64,000 nt of DNA from Hypanus sabinus (taxonomy: Eukaryota), in assembly GCF_030144855.1 (NCBI RefSeq), contig NC_082724.1, forward strand, positions 41,168,001-41,232,000. Reading direction: 5' to 3'. The notes below the pieces were generated by a model. It did not search any database and was not told the DNA's origin. It worked only from the letters and a program-made list of their open reading frames with translations. The position numbers and the translations under genes are program-made. Shown piece after piece: positions 1-13,849 of this stretch (positions within the stretch are counted from its first letter, which is position 1; each line of letters begins with the position of its first letter).

Positions 1-119
1 CGTTTTACCTTCATTGTTAAATCATTAAATCCACTCACACCCCTCTTCACTTGACAACACAGCAGCAGAAACTGCGAGCAGTTTCAAACTTCTGGGACTG
101 CGCATCTCACAGAATGTCT

Positions 120-260
120 CATAGTACCACAACATATTCAAAAAAAAGTCCATCAATGCCTCTATCTTCTGAGGAGGCTGAAGACAGCTGGTCTATGCAC
201 ATCAATATTTATGTACTTCTACAGGCGTGCAGTTGAGAGCATCCTAACATGTTGCATTAC
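120..260 (+). mobile_element. Rex1/Babar-type LINE fragment (RT C-terminal region)
   Basis: Decayed KK.HQ.LY.LRRLK and FYRRAVESILT.CI coding remnant, homologous to 11150-11290 and 56340-56460. Confidence 0.7.
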
Positions 261-975
261 ATTCATCAAAATCTCTTTCATTGATGAATGCTGAAGCAAA
301 GTATTCATCCAGGACCTCCCCTACTTCCTACACCTCCAGGCACACATTTCCCCCTTTCGCTGAATGGTGTGATCCATTCTCTAGTCATTCTCCTGTTCTT
401 CACATACAAGGATTTCCTTAATCCTACTCCAGTATCTGCTGAAAACCATTTCAGTAAAATTAAACTGAGAACAAAGCATCACAAAGAAAAATGTGGAGTG
501 ATAGTTCTTTGCTGCAGTGCAAATTCGAATTCCAATTTTTTTTTTGTTCCCAGTAGTCAATTGTCCTCCTCTAAGTTACTCGCAGAAAAGCAAGGCAGAA
601 GTTTCAAGCAATTAACACTGGGATATGCCTTGCTGGGCTGGAGCTGACAGTTCCAATTGGAACTGCCAACGTTCAGCTATTGTAACTTCACTAAATCTCA
701 AATGTAGGGATACATACTGCAGAAAAGGGAAGTCCAACACTTATTGAATAACAGATGGTAATACATACACTCCAGTGACATGGTGGGATTCCCTAGCGTT
801 ACCATGTGGAATGAGCCCTTCCAGCCTGTGGCAGGCCAGACCTAACGTAAGATTGGGCACTGTTGATTTCAATTGTGATTACAGGAATATGAGTTAGGAA
901 AGTACTTGTATGTTAAGGAAAAATCTCTTAGCTCAATGTTTTAATGCTTTTATTCTCCCCAGGAAATACCACATG

Positions 976-1250
976 TCTGGCGACCCACTTCCCAGTGCAC
1001 TCGAACGGGCTCACAAAGCGGCGCGCGCCGGCATTGAGGCAGGTCCCAAAGAGGGCGCCAAGCCTGCTTCACCAGCAAGAGGAAAAGCCCGCGCACGGGA
1101 CTGGACTGTGAATACAGCATTCCTGCCCGGGGAGGGCGGGATCAGGGAGGCTTTGAAGCAAGGCCACGAAGTTTAAAAAAACTTCTTTTACAACTGCAGC
1201 TCACTGACTCCGTGTCTTTAATTCAGCGCTGTTTGTAGCACACCACTACA
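976..1250 (+). mobile_element. Solo LTR (Gypsy-like), CpG-rich
   Basis: Termini tctggcgaccc...caccactaca match the TG...CA termini of the copy at 16121; 4-bp TSD catg (972-975) / tatg (1251-1254); GC box gggcggg near 1134-1140. Confidence 0.8.
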
Positions 1251-1339
1251 TATGCATAATTTTAATTACAGATGGTGTACAATTTGCTGAACAATATAAT
1301 GTCCTTCATATATCAATAGAACGTACACTATATGCATCA

Positions 1340-1870
1340 AACCAACTTAAATGAATTATGTTAATTTTTTATCTTTATTCTTAGATTTCAAATAGTCCAA
1401 GTTTGTATTGACAACAACCAAACACTTCATGTTCCAAATTTTGTCCATCTATACCATATTTTTTTAAAACTTAAGTGATAAACTTTTGAACAATAAAAAT
1501 ATAAATATAACATTTTTAGCAATTGTGATCTCCTCCTGCCAAAGAATAAACGTCTCTAAAATTCTTTCCAAATAACACCAAAAACACATGATAATGTTCA
1601 GCCATTTTGATTCTACAATGTGAAAAATTGGATAATCTGAAATTTGCAGCCAGTAATGAAAAATCAGCACTATCTTCTAATTTTAAAGTAAGTTGCCAAT
1701 AAAGATCAAGCAATATCTTGGGCAAAAAATCTTTCTCCAATTATCTGTATAAAAAGAAATCTCTCATATCTGGTAGCTGTGATGACATCAATCTGCCAGA
1801 GAAGCTAATTCTGTTGAAGAATTCTTCCAATTCACCTAATATGAAACAAAATTCATAATTTTTCAAATAT
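1340..1870 (-). mobile_element. Decayed L1/Tx1-type ORF2 fragment
   Basis: Minus-strand remnants such as LPKILLDLYW and KNVIFIFLLF resemble the post-RT region of fish L1; A-rich minus strand. Confidence 0.5.
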
Positions 1871-2589
1871 TGCTTTAAACTTAGTCCTGAATAAAATATG
1901 GGGAGTACTGTTTTGATTATTACACAAGCAAAAGAGTCACGAACTTTAAAAGAAATACATACCTTATTTTATGAAAAATTGAAGGAGTGAATTACAATAC
2001 ACATATCTAACGGTAGATTTTTTTTTTGAAGCAAAGTGGTTTGCTGAACAGCAATTATGGCTCAATAAATGATTAATAACTTGCAGACATCATAAAAATA
2101 TAAAGGTTTTTGGGATATTGTGCAGCAGGTCAAGCATGTCAATACACAATTTAAATTCATAAATTTAAACTCACATACAGATAATTTCCATTTTTCTTTT
2201 GGAAAACGATCAGAATTGAGCAACAGCTATTAATGCACTGAGTAACTGGCTGCAACCTCAGGCCTTATGACTTAAAATATGAATGCCCAGAAATCTTACA
2301 TTTATTCTCAGCTTCACAGAACATGAATGGTAAATGTTGCGGCTTTTTATGTATTCTTTTCTTTAAGGTTTTAAAATTTTGAACTACTTGAAAGACTTCT
2401 GGAGCAGGTGGGACCTGTACAAGTGGGATGAGTTGCAGCTAAATTGGAAGAAGGTGCAATATCCAGGTTGGGAGGTTCACTTGTGCTATTAGCAAGGGTA
2501 TCGGGCACAGAAGGTCCATGATTGGGGAAGGATGTGCTGGGAGAGGGGCATTCAGTCAAATACATAAGCAAAACTATGTCAGTTTACAT

Positions 2590-3010
2590 AAAACATAGAA
2601 TACCACAGTACAGAAGAAACCGGCAGTCCTACAATGTTGTGCTGACCTTTTAACCTACTCTAAGATCAATCTAATCCTTCCCTGCCATACAGCCCCCCAT
2701 TTTTCTATCATCCATGTGCCTAACTAAGAGTTTCTTATATGTTTGTGAAGGATCTCCCTCTACTCTCCCCTCTGACCTACCACTCCAGGTACAAACAACC
2801 TACTTCTGACATGCGCCCTATACTTTCCTCCAATCACCTTGAAATCATTGCTGATTGACTCCGTCATATAAGCCATTTCTACCCTGGGAAAATTCCTCCA
2901 ACTATCCTTTCAATCATTGCTTCTTATCATCGTGTCTCCTCTATTAAGTCACTTCTCATCCTCCTTTGCTCCAGAGGGAAATACCATAGTTTGCTCTACC
3001 TATTGTCAAA
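2590..3010 (-). mobile_element. Older CR1 LINE 3' fragment
   Basis: aaacatagaa tail remnant and CR1 3'UTR/ORF2-end similarity to the adjacent younger copy. Confidence 0.7.
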
Positions 3011-3012
3011 AG

Positions 3013-3366
3013 ACATCGAAACATAGAAAACATACAGCACAATACAGGCCCTTCGGCCCACAAAGCCGCACCGAACATGTCCCTATCTTAGAACTACCTG
3101 GGCTTTACCCATAGCCCTCTATTTTTCTAAGCTCCATGTTGCCATCCAGGAGACTCTTAAAAGACCCTATCGTTTCTGCCTCCACCACCGCTGCCAGCAG
3201 CCCATTCCGCACACTCACCACTCTCTGAGTAAAGAACTTACCCCTGACATCTCCTCTGTACCTGCTTCCAAGCACCTTAAAACTGTGTCCTCTCGTGCTA
3301 ACCATTTCAGCCCTGGGGAAAAGCCTCTGACTATCCACACTATCAATGCCTCTCATTATCTTGTAC
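3013..3366 (-). mobile_element. Young 5'-truncated CR1 LINE
   Basis: ORF 3105-3356 (MRGID...FFTQRVV...IEGYG) is the CR1 ORF2 C-terminus; (acatagaa)n tail; same subfamily as 43791-44949. Confidence 0.92.
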
Positions 3367-3379
3367 GTACTCTAAGTTT

Positions 3380-3587
3380 GACAGCTGGTGGTGCAGTACT
3401 GGACTTTGGGGCGAGAGGTCCCAAGTTCAAATCCGGCCGGCTCCCTTGCACGCTCTCCATCCGTGCCTGGGTTGAGTGTCGAGCTAGCAACTTGACCTCA
3501 TAAAAAAAAAACCCTAGATGGGTTTCAGATGCCCAAGACACACCGTACAATGAGCAATCACTAAGGGCATGTGCACACACACACTCA
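3380..3587 (+). mobile_element. tRNA-derived SINE with (CA)n tail
   Basis: B box gttcaaatcc near 3424-3433, shortened A-box region, CA-repeat tail, TSD ctaagttt at 3372-3379 and 3588-3595. Confidence 0.75.
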
Positions 3588-3609
3588 CTAAGTTTAATGG
3601 GTAGAATGT

Positions 3610-4600
3610 AGCGAGAGTCATGGTAGGTTCACTTTGGAGCATTCATGATGCTGAAGACACTGGGTTAAGCTCATTTAATAAGCTTGTCATACTGCAAGCA
3701 ATGGCCACACAGAGGAAAAATGACAGATATCCACCAGGATAAGTAATAGGTTAAGTATCTAGTGCACAAATCCCCTGTGGCCATCCTGCTTCCAAACAGA
3801 TATACGTGTTGGTAGAGTGCATAGTCTCTTAGGGTAACGGTCTATGGTCAAATTGGTGGCACCATGTCTGACTCTGCTGCACCACAGGGGATCAAAAAGA
3901 GTAGGAGAATTACATGGGCCTTGTTTTAAGAGGAGCAGACAACTATTCTAGTAGCTGTGAACAAGATTATCAAATGGTATTTTGACTCCCTTGTGCCAGG
4001 TAGGGATATTTGAATGGCTGTAGATGAACAGCTCGTGTTCAAAGTAAATATTTTTAATTGGCATTCATTAAGACATTGTAGTTGAAGATTCTGATCAGGA
4101 CAGTGAAGTTCTCAAGCATGTCAAGCTTATAAAGGAGGAACTACTGAATGTTTCAGCATTGATTACGTGGGATAAATTTCCAGGGCCTAAAGATATGAAC
4201 CCCAAGCTACGGTGGAAAACAAAGGAGGAAACTATGGGGCCTGAACAGAGGTTCATTTTTGGTGGGGGGGGGCAAGGTCAAATAAGGGTAGGGTATATAC
4301 CATAAATTAATGGACCCTAAGGAGTAGTCAGCCCAAGTCCAAAGAGCCTTAAGGATGAAAAACGAGTGGTGAGGGTGGTGAATAAGTCTAGACTTCACAA
4401 GCAACAACATAGAATTTCAGTGCAGGGAAGTCTGGGCGCAACCAGATATTGGTTAGGCAGCAGATTCAATAATATGTACATACTGGTTTACATACTGTAG
4501 GAAGGACATAATTGCACAGCAGAAGGTGCAGAAGAGATCTACCAGGATGTTACTGGGATAGAATGTTTAATTTCCAAGGAGAGTAGATAGTTTTGATTTG
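3610..4600 (+). mobile_element. Heavily decayed, internally deleted CR1 fragments
   Basis: Patches resembling CR1 ORF1 (esterase-like) and ORF2 (gataaatttccagggcc; aaggtgcagaagagatctaccaggatgtt = KVQ.R.TRM). Confidence 0.55.
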
Positions 4601-4606
4601 CTTTTT

Positions 4607-7432
4607 AGAAGACCATTAGATATAGGAGCAGAATTAGGCCATTTGGTCATTGAGTCTGCTCTATCATTTCATCATGGCTGATCTACTTTTTCCTCTCAGC
4701 CCCAATCTCCTGCCTTCTCCTCTTATCCCTTCACACCCTGACCACCAAGAATTTATCAAACTCTGCCTTAAATATACATAAATATTTGGCTTCCTAGCTG
4801 CCTGTGTCAACAAATTCCACAGATTCAACACTCTCCAGCTAAAGAAATTCCTTCTCAACTCCTTTCTAAAAGGCTGCCTCTATTTGAGGCTGTGCCCTCT
4901 GGTCTTAGACACTCCCACCACAAGAAACATCCTTTCCACATCAACTCTATCAAGGCTTTTCACCATTAGAGAGGTTTCAATAAGGTCATTCCTCACTCTT
5001 CTAAATTCTAATGAATACAGGCCCAGAGCCATTAAATGATCCTTATATGACAAGCCATTTAATCCTGGGATCATTTTCGTGAACCTCCTTTGCACCCCTC
5101 CAGCTTCAGCACATCCTTTCTAAGACAAGAAGACCAAAACTGCACACAATTCTCCAAGAGAGGCCGCACCAGTACTTCATAAAGACTCAACATTACATTC
5201 TTGCTTTTATATTCTAATCCTCTTGAAATGAATGATAACATTGCATTTGCTTCCTCAATACAGGCTCAACCTGATAATTAACCTTTAGGGAGTAATTCAG
5301 AAGCACTCTCTAATCCCTTCATGGCTCAGATTTTTGTATTTTCTCACCATTTAGAAAATAGTCAACCCTTTCATTTCTTCTACCAAAGTGCATGACTGTA
5401 TACTTCCCAACACTGTATAACATCTGCCACTTCTTTGCCCATTTTCCTAACCTGTCCAAGTCTCCCAATGTCCTAAAAACTACCTGTCCCTCCTCCCATC
5501 TTCATATTTTCTGCAAAATTTGCAACAAAGCCATCAACTTCATCATCCAAAACATTGATTGTATAAAGAAGAATCGTTCTCAACACAGACCCTTGTTAAA
5601 CACCACTAGTTACCGGCAGCCAGTCAGAAAAGGCTCCCTTTATTTCCACCTTTTTGCCCCCTGTCAATCAGCCACTGCTTTATCCATGCTATAATCTTTC
5701 CTGTAATACCATGGGCGCATCAATTGTTAAGGAGCCTCATGTGTGAAACCTTGTCAGAGGCATTCTTAAGATCCAAGTACACAACATCAACCAATTCTTC
5801 TTTGTCTATCCTGCTTATTTCTTCTTCAAAGAATTCCAACAGATTTGTCAAGTAAGACTTTGCCTTGCTGACTACGGCTAATTTAATCATGTCCCTCCAA
5901 GTACCCTGAGACCTCATCCTTAATAATAAGCTCTAACATCTTCCCAATTACTGAGGTCAGACTAACTGGCCTATAGTTTCCATTCTTCTGCCTCTCTCCC
6001 TTCTTGGAAAGTGGATTGACATTTGCAATTTCCAATCTTTTGGAACCAATCCAGAATCTGGTGATTCTTGAAAGATCTTTACTGATGCCTCCACAATCTC
6101 CTTAGCCACCTCTTTCAGAACTCCATGGTGTACACCATCTGGTCCAGGTGACTTTTCAGTTTCCCGAGAACCTTCTCTCTAATAATGGTAACTTTGCACA
6201 CCTCATGACCCTGACACCTGGAACTTACATCTGGTGTATTCCTCAGTGAAGACTAATGCAAAATACTTATCCAGTTCACCTGGCATTTCTTTATACAGCA
6301 TTACTGCCTCACCAGCTTTGTTTTCCAGCAGTCAGATATGCACTCACTACTCACTTTTACAATTCTTTTATCTGAAGAAACTTCTGGTATCCTGTTTAAT
6401 ATTATTGGCTAGCTTACTTTCTTTTTCCATCTTCAACTTCATAATGACTTTTTAATTGCCTTCTTTTGGTATTTAAAATCTTCCCAATCCCCTAACCTTT
6501 CAATAATTTTTGCTCTATTAAATGCCCTCCCTTTGGCTTTTATGTTGGCTTTGATGTCCCTTGTTTGCCATGGTTGTGTCATCTTGCCTTTGGAATACTT
6601 CTTCCTCTTAGGGTTGTATACATTTTGTGCCTTCCAAATTGTTTTCAGAAGTTCCAAACATTCCTGTTCTGCCACTATCTCTACCAGTGACCTTTTCCAA
6701 TCAATCCTGGGCAACACCTTTCTCATGCCCCTGTAATTTTCCTCACTCCACTGTAATACTGATGCATCTGACTTTAGCTTCTCTTTCTCAAATTTCACAG
6801 TGGGTTCAATCATATTTTGATCACTCTGCCCTAAGAGTTCTTTTACCTTAAGCTCTTTAATCAATTCTGGTTTATTGCACAACACCCAATCCAGAATAGC
6901 TGATCCCAAGCTGCTGAAAAAAGACATCTCATTGGCATTCTAGAAATTCCCTCTCTTGGAACCCCCCATGAATCTGATTTTCCAAATCACCTGCATATTC
7001 AAATCTTTCATGACAATTGTAATATTGCCATTTTGGCATGCCTTTCCTATCTCCTGTTGTAACATGTAGATCACAACCTCACTACTGTTTAGGAGTCTGT
7101 ATATAACTCTGATCTGACTCTTTTTACCCTTACAGTTCTTTCCATCTATCCACAATGATACAAAAACTTCTGACCCTATATCACCTCTTTCGAATGTCTT
7201 TATTTCATTTTTTTACCCATAAAGCCACACTACTCCCTCTGCCTTCCTGTTTACCCTCTAATATAATGTATATCCTTGGACATTCAGCTCTAAGCTGTAA
7301 TCTTTTTTCAGTTCTGATTCAGTGATGCCTACAACATCATACTTGCAAATCTGTAACTGTGCTACAGGTTAATCAACCTTACTTCATATACTGTGCGCAT
7401 TCAAATATACCACCTTTAGTCCTGTATTCACC
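4607..7432 (-). mobile_element. CR1 LINE, long decayed ORF2 (endonuclease to RT to 3' end)
   Basis: Minus-strand ORF pieces AILDWVLCN, SYLTNLLEFFEE...VDVVYLDLKNASDKVSH, QRRFTKMIPG, RRNFFSWRVLNLWNLL; CR1 3'UTR at the left end. Confidence 0.92.
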
Positions 7433-8204
7433 TTTAATAATGCACAATAATAACATGTATACAACTTTTTCCTTGTAGCAGAGCAGAATGGTGTGGTATG
7501 GGTAACCTGAGAGAAGAGTAGAACACTCTGAGAGACACAATAGGGAAGACGCTTAGAAACATTTCCCTATGGGAAAGACATAACTTTAAGGTCAGTTATA
7601 ATATTAGAAAATATCTGATGATGTATTTTTCACCCCACGTGGGACACAATCTGCAATGTACTATTTGAGAAGGCTGTGATGGAATTTGCTCCTTCAATAT
7701 TTGGGAAGCATCTGGCTTGGGTTGCCAAGGCAAATATGGTTATAATCCAAGAGCTGGCATACAGGATTAGTATCAATAGGTACACAGTCATGGTGCATCA
7801 AAGCGTCTGTTTCTCCACTGTATGGCACCATGACGCCAAAGATGACTAATCTTAAGATACCGTGAAGAGCAAAGATTGGGGAAAAACAAAATGATTGAGC
7901 TTTATCATGCTATGTATTTAATTTAACTTTTGCAGATGCTATCTGAACAGCCAAGTACATTGAAAACAGACATTACTTACTTTGCTGAGCTGTACTTGTG
8001 GAATTTCAGCATTCAATTCTGAGAAATACATCTCTGAGGATTTTGGATTATACTTGCTTCTGCATAAGATTATTTGTAGTGGTTCTTTTATCTTCAACGG
8101 GATGTCTTCATTAAATAAGGCACCCTGACTCTCAAGGAAAATTCCATACTTGGCAATTAATTAGAAACCCAGTTAATTACAATAAAATAGAGGGTAGATG
8201 TTAG

Positions 8205-8515
8205 CAACACACACAAAATGCTGGTGGAACACAGCAGGCCAGGCAGCATCTATAGGAAGAAGCACTGCCCACCTTTCCTCACTGGCAGAAGCTGCGCAGT
8301 AGTGAATTTAAAAACGCAAACAAGAGGAAATCTGCAGATGCTGGAAATTAAAACAACACACACAAAAAATTCACTACTGCGAATTACTAAGGGTTTCGGC
8401 CCGAAATGTCGACAGTGCTTCTTCCTCTCGATGCTGCCTGGCCTGCTGTGTTCCACCAGCATTCTGTGTGTGTGTTCCTTGAAATTCCAGCATCTGCAGA
8501 TTTCCTCGTGTTTGT
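8205..8515. mobile_element. Penelope-derived fold-back element, rearranged copy
   Basis: Inverted arms 8205-8267 / 8413-8477, 38-nt tail 8478-8515, TSD gagggtagatgttag (8190-8204) / gaggatagatgttag (8516-8530). Confidence 0.88.
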
Positions 8516-11004
8516 GAGGATAGATGTTAGTTCTGGATTTTGGGTTCCCTTTCTCAAAGGAGTTGTGACCGGGATAGTAAGTTATATTTAAAGTTCAGCA
8601 GAGGAGTTATTATGTCTAATAATCAGTATTCTCCGTATAAATGGAAAATCATCTGAAATTCATTCAAAAATATTTATGGGTCTTCAAGGCAAGTAGTCTA
8701 TCACTTTATGTGTAATATGGAAGTAATTATCACATTGCCAATAATCTTATTCAGAATAGCTACCAATACACATTTCTCTTTTACTTTGCTCCCTTCCCTC
8801 ACACATTATAATCAGCTCTACTATGAATTGAAGAATTTACCACTTTTACAGAGGCACAATTCAAATTACTCAGTTAAGTTAGAAACAGTCTTTCTGTAAA
8901 TATAACACTGACTCTATTAACATTATTCTTGCTGATGAGCAAGTAATGGTAACATGCAACAGAAATTGCAACCTGATTTTATTTCCAGACTTTGTTGCCT
9001 TTGATTAATTGAAATTAGTTCTAATAGTCAAGGAAATTATTCCTTATTAACATCATTTTAGCAGCAAAATACTTGGCTAGTAAAGTATATTACATAAACT
9101 AATCAGGGAAATATGTGCTTGAGGCAGTGTGCACAGGGCACCAAATGGATTGCTGATTGAAGCTTGAATTTAGATTATGACGACCATAAAATAGATATAA
9201 AAGTAAGTTAATTGATTATAAAAATACAGTACATTTATGGACTGCTCTGTTAGTTTAGTGAGGCTACAACTAAACAAAATGATGGTGTGCAAATGGAAAG
9301 ACGAGGTCACATTTGTCTTGTCTTATTCCTGTTGGAGGAGTCACCAGGATGCCCTAACCATGGGCCATACCTAATGGGCCAGTCATTGAAGCATGCCAGT
9401 GTGAGACAATGTTTAAATGGAATAAGGATAACAAAGCAGAATAGTTTGCTGAGCAATTCCTATAATTTGGGAAATTTGCAGCTGATCTCAATACCCAACA
9501 GTGGATTGAATATGATTAGGGATAATCAGGGATGCATGAAAGGCAGAAAGTGTTGGAGCAGGGTTATCTAAGAGAATTATAGATAATGAAAACTTCAGAA
9601 GGATTACAGAAGTTATTAGAACTATTTGAAAGGAAGAATAACAACTTCAAGTTCAAATCAGTGGAGATGAGAAAGCTTGAGTTGATAAGTGAATGGGTCA
9701 ATTTAGGCAAAGGGGAAACAGCGTTTTCTTTTATCAAGTACATGGAGGCTGAAGGCAGAAAATCAGCTTAGACTGTTTACATGCATGTCCACAACTTGCA
9801 ATTCTAATGCACCTGTGGGTCAGGTCTCCACACAATTTCATAGCAATTACAATTTTCTCATATTACCTCACACTTCAGCACAACATCCTGAAAACAACGC
9901 TTGGAATGGAAATTATTGGGAAAGTTAAGATGAGAATTTTCAACAATTGCATATATGGGTTAAAATTAAGATGTCCACACTTGAAGCCACTTTGAAAGAT
10001 CTTAGCAAGCAAAAGTCTAATTTAATTTAAGTTTATACATCAAATAAAAATGTTCATCTATTTTTTGTGTTACTTTTCCAGCCTTTTCTTGTGTCCCTCA
10101 GTTCAAAGGAATGACCCAGAGACACTTGTAGTCCAATATATGAGCCTGCACTGTTTTGGTAACTGCAGGTCTATAAATAGGATCCCCTCTTTTCAGAGTT
10201 GCACCTTCATAATGTTATTAGGATTTAAGGATTTGCCGTAAGTCAACTTCGCTTTGTACACTGATCACTGCCTGCATTCAAGTCCACCCGATTATTTTGC
10301 ATGCAAGTTCTTAAAAAATGTGGGTTCTATTACTAGGTTTTAGTTCTCTGATCAACTTTCTTACTGCCCAATGCCCAAGCAATTGCTTTCCACCTGAGTG
10401 AAAAAGAAATAAGTTTACATATCTTACTTCCTATCACTACCGTGGTGGATGTCCTTGGATCACATAGCGGGAAGAGACTGAATATTTTCATATTCATGGC
10501 ATCCATTACAATTATATATCTAACTGCAATGTGCAAGTTACTAGCAAAATAATTTGCATGCATTAAATCTCTTTTGCAACTTCAGCCACCTGACTAAGTT
10601 TTCATCGAAAATTAAAAGGCTAAATTTGAAATACAAATCGGCTTTAGTTTACATGTCATGTAAAATACATGTCATTAAATGGTCCAGAGCAAAATGGGAA
10701 AAAATGATCTGCAAGCTCTTATCCACATCATCATGGATTGGAAAAATGTCAACATTTCTTCACTACCCTTGATTTAATATCTTGGATGTCCCTGTGCTGC
10801 ATCACCATACCAGTACCACCTGCACACAGCTAGCAGCAGAAACATGAAGTTTCCTCAAAACTAGAAATAACAACTATTCTAATATCTAAGAACAAAGTGA
10901 ATAATATTGATAGAAATAATCTGGAGGAAGCTGAGAGGAAAATATACAAAATGATGACTTTTGGATGAGTTGAACTGTAACATCCTTTGGTGAGGGAGGT
11001 GAAA

Positions 11005-11740
11005 TAAGACCAAAGAATTGATTGTGAATTTCAGGAAAGGGGCGTCAGGAGAATACATACCGTTTCTCTTTAAGGGATCAGTGTAGAAATAGTAAGCAGA
11101 TCATGAGTGTCAACATAGCTAAAGATCTATCCTGGGCCCAATATTTTGATGCAATTATGAAGATGGTACACCAGTGGCTATACTTCATTTGTAGCTTGAG
11201 GAGATTTGGTATGCCACCAAAGAATCTAATGACTTTCTACAGATATATCGTGGAAAGCATTCTATCTGATGGCATCACAGTCTGGTATGGAGGGGCCAAT
11301 GCACAGAATCAGTAAAAGCTGCAAAGTGTTGTAAACTCAGGCAGCTCCATTATGGGCACTGGTCTCCCCATCCATGAGGACATCTTCAAAAGATGATGAC
11401 TCAAGAACGCAACATCCATTATTAATGACCCCTACAACCCAGGATATGGCCTTTTGTAATTATTACCATCAGGGAGGACATACAAGAGCTTGAAAACACA
11501 CACTCAATGTTTTAAGAACAGCTTCTTCCCTTCCACCATCAGATATCTGAAGAGACAATGAATGCATTAACACTACCTCATTATTTTAATCACTTTTTGT
11601 ATTACTTATTTCATTGGATTTTAATATTTTTTATATTTCTTCTTATAACTTATCATATATTTTATGTACTACCATTTACTGTTGCCACAGAACAACACAT
11701 TTCATGACGTGTCAGTGTGAATAAATTTGATTCTGATTCA
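11005..11740 (+). mobile_element. Rex1/Babar-type LINE 3' end
   Basis: ORF 11103-11315 (HQWLYFICSLRRFGM...FYRYIVESILSDGITVWYG); aataaa followed by a (gattct)n tail. Confidence 0.85.
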
Positions 11741-12149
11741 GAGGAGGAAGGACACAAAAATAAAATAAAAAGAGATGAGTAAACTCTTCATATGGGCTAT
11801 TTATCTGGAATCTGGTCTGAATTGGTCTGCAGATGTGGTGGAGGCAAGATCTACCATAATGTTTGAGAGGGAAGTGGATAAAAATAAAATATAGAGGAGG
11901 ACAATGTGCAAAGTTAAAGTGAAAGGGCTAGTGAGGGAATCAGTGGTTTGGCTCGAGTACAGAGGCAGCATGGGCATAATAGCTGACAGGTCTCCTGCAC
12001 TTGAACCATTCCATGACTCTGACAGATCTGACTTTCACTTTATCTCCTTTGCCGGTGCAAACCTATTGCCACTCAATTAAGTTTCCAAGAGCAGGCTTTA
12101 CTGGGACAACAATCAGGAAGCTGCCATTGCAAAATGAACTGAAATTGGA

Positions 12150-13820
12150 TACGCACAGAGCAAAGACAGGGTAGTTTATGTTGGAAGTTTTACCTTGCAG
12201 ATACCTTAAAAAACCTGATAATTTCATTTTTAAAATTTATGGGTGGGTATTCTGCAGCAATATATCTGTAAATCAATGAGGGACAAGCTATATTATATTA
12301 ACAGATTAGTAAATAGAATTGTAGCCAAAAAGTGTATGGACATTCACATAGACACAAGAGGTACTGGAGATGCTGGAAATCTAGAGGAATACACATAATG
12401 TGCCAGAGAAGCTCAGCAGGTCAGTCAGCATCTATGGAAGGGAATAAACAGTTGATGTTTTAGGCCGAAACATTTCATCAGACGAAGGGCCATGGCATGA
12501 AACATCAACTGTTTATTCCTGTCCATAGATGTTACCAGATTCGCTGAATTCCTCCAGCACATTGAATGGCAAACATAACATTCTCAATAGCATGTTAGCT
12601 TCTAAAGGGAAAGTCTTCGACTAGATACCAAGATTTTGTAGTTGGGTAAGGTCGATTACCAAATGATGAGGCAGAAGCTGTCATGATAAAGTGGGAAGAC
12701 CCTTGAGTGGTTAAAATGGCTGTACATCAGTGGGACTTATTCACATTTGTGACTTAGGCCAACTCCTTATCCCTGAAAGCAAGACCCCACTTCAGTGGAT
12801 AACAGAGAGGCTAAAGCATAATAAAACTACAGAAAGAATGCAAAAAAAAAGTCTCAAACGGATCCTGGTGTCAAGGAAAGATACAGGAACAGTAAAAGTT
12901 GATAAACCAGATATTAGAAATAACAAAAAAAGGCCTCTAAAACATATTTGGCAATATGTCTAAATCAATATATTTAAAATTACTAGGAGAATTAAGGAGT
13001 CAGGAGCAATGGAGGGTATTTAAAATAGACAACAGTGATATTGGAAATGAATATAAGGAAATGATGAATATGCTCAATAACAGCCATGTTTCAATATTCA
13101 CAATAAAGAAGTATGACACTCTAGTAATCCTTATGAAACCATTCCTTTAGATTGTCACTCAACTACTTAACAAAGGTGAAGGGGTGGCAATAGTGGTTAC
13201 ATGGAATATTGAGAAGTTAGTTAGCATCTGCTGTCAGGAAATGTGTGAGGATTTAATTAAAGGCAAAATGACTGAAGACATATTTTCAGTTAATCACAGA
13301 GAGCTGGCATGTATTTGAAAAGGGTAGGTCATGCCTGCTGAAGCTGATTGAATTCTTTGAGAAGGTGACAGTGGTAGGGCAGGTAGATGGTCTATTGATG
13401 TCATTTAAATGCACTTCCAAGAAGCATTTGATCGTATTCATTAGACACAGTAAGCTCGTGGAATTGAAGCTGAATCATTTAGATGATGAGCAAACTTACT
13501 AAATAGTAAGTGGAGGTACTCAGCAGCACATTCCAAAGTGACGCATAATATCACACATGAATCTCTGTTGGAGACACAGCTATTAAATGTTACATAGCAA
13601 AGCTTGACACAAAGTTTGCAGCGTTACAGTATATTTAATATAGATGCATTAGATCAATCAAAAATTAAAAGAATGAATGAGGATAAAACTGTAGCTAACT
13701 GTAATAGATTTCAGAGCAAACAAATGTAATGTTATCTACTTTGAAAATGAAATGTTTAAAATGGTGTATTTTGCAAGTACTAGCAGGCTAGAAGCAGTAA
13801 AGATTCAAAGGACTTTGTGA
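12150..13820 (+). mobile_element. Old fragmented CR1 ORF2
   Basis: Remnants such as ggtaggtcatgcctgctgaagctgattgaattctttgag (GRSCL..LIEFFE) and cacttccaagaagcatttgat (F..AFD); interrupted by 12351-12564. Confidence 0.65.
12351..12564. mobile_element. Penelope-derived fold-back element (older copy)
   Basis: Inverted arms (catctatgga...gaataaacagttgatgttt / aaacatcaactgtttattc...tccatagatg) joined at ttcatcagacgaag; both hammerhead cores mutated. Confidence 0.8.
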
Positions 13821-13849
13821 TTTCACATGCTTCAGAGCTTTCCAGGAAT

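Noticed and set aside
8218-8517. ORFs on opposite strands starting with the same peptide MLVEHSRPGSI
   Set aside because: Artefact of the inverted repeat, not coding
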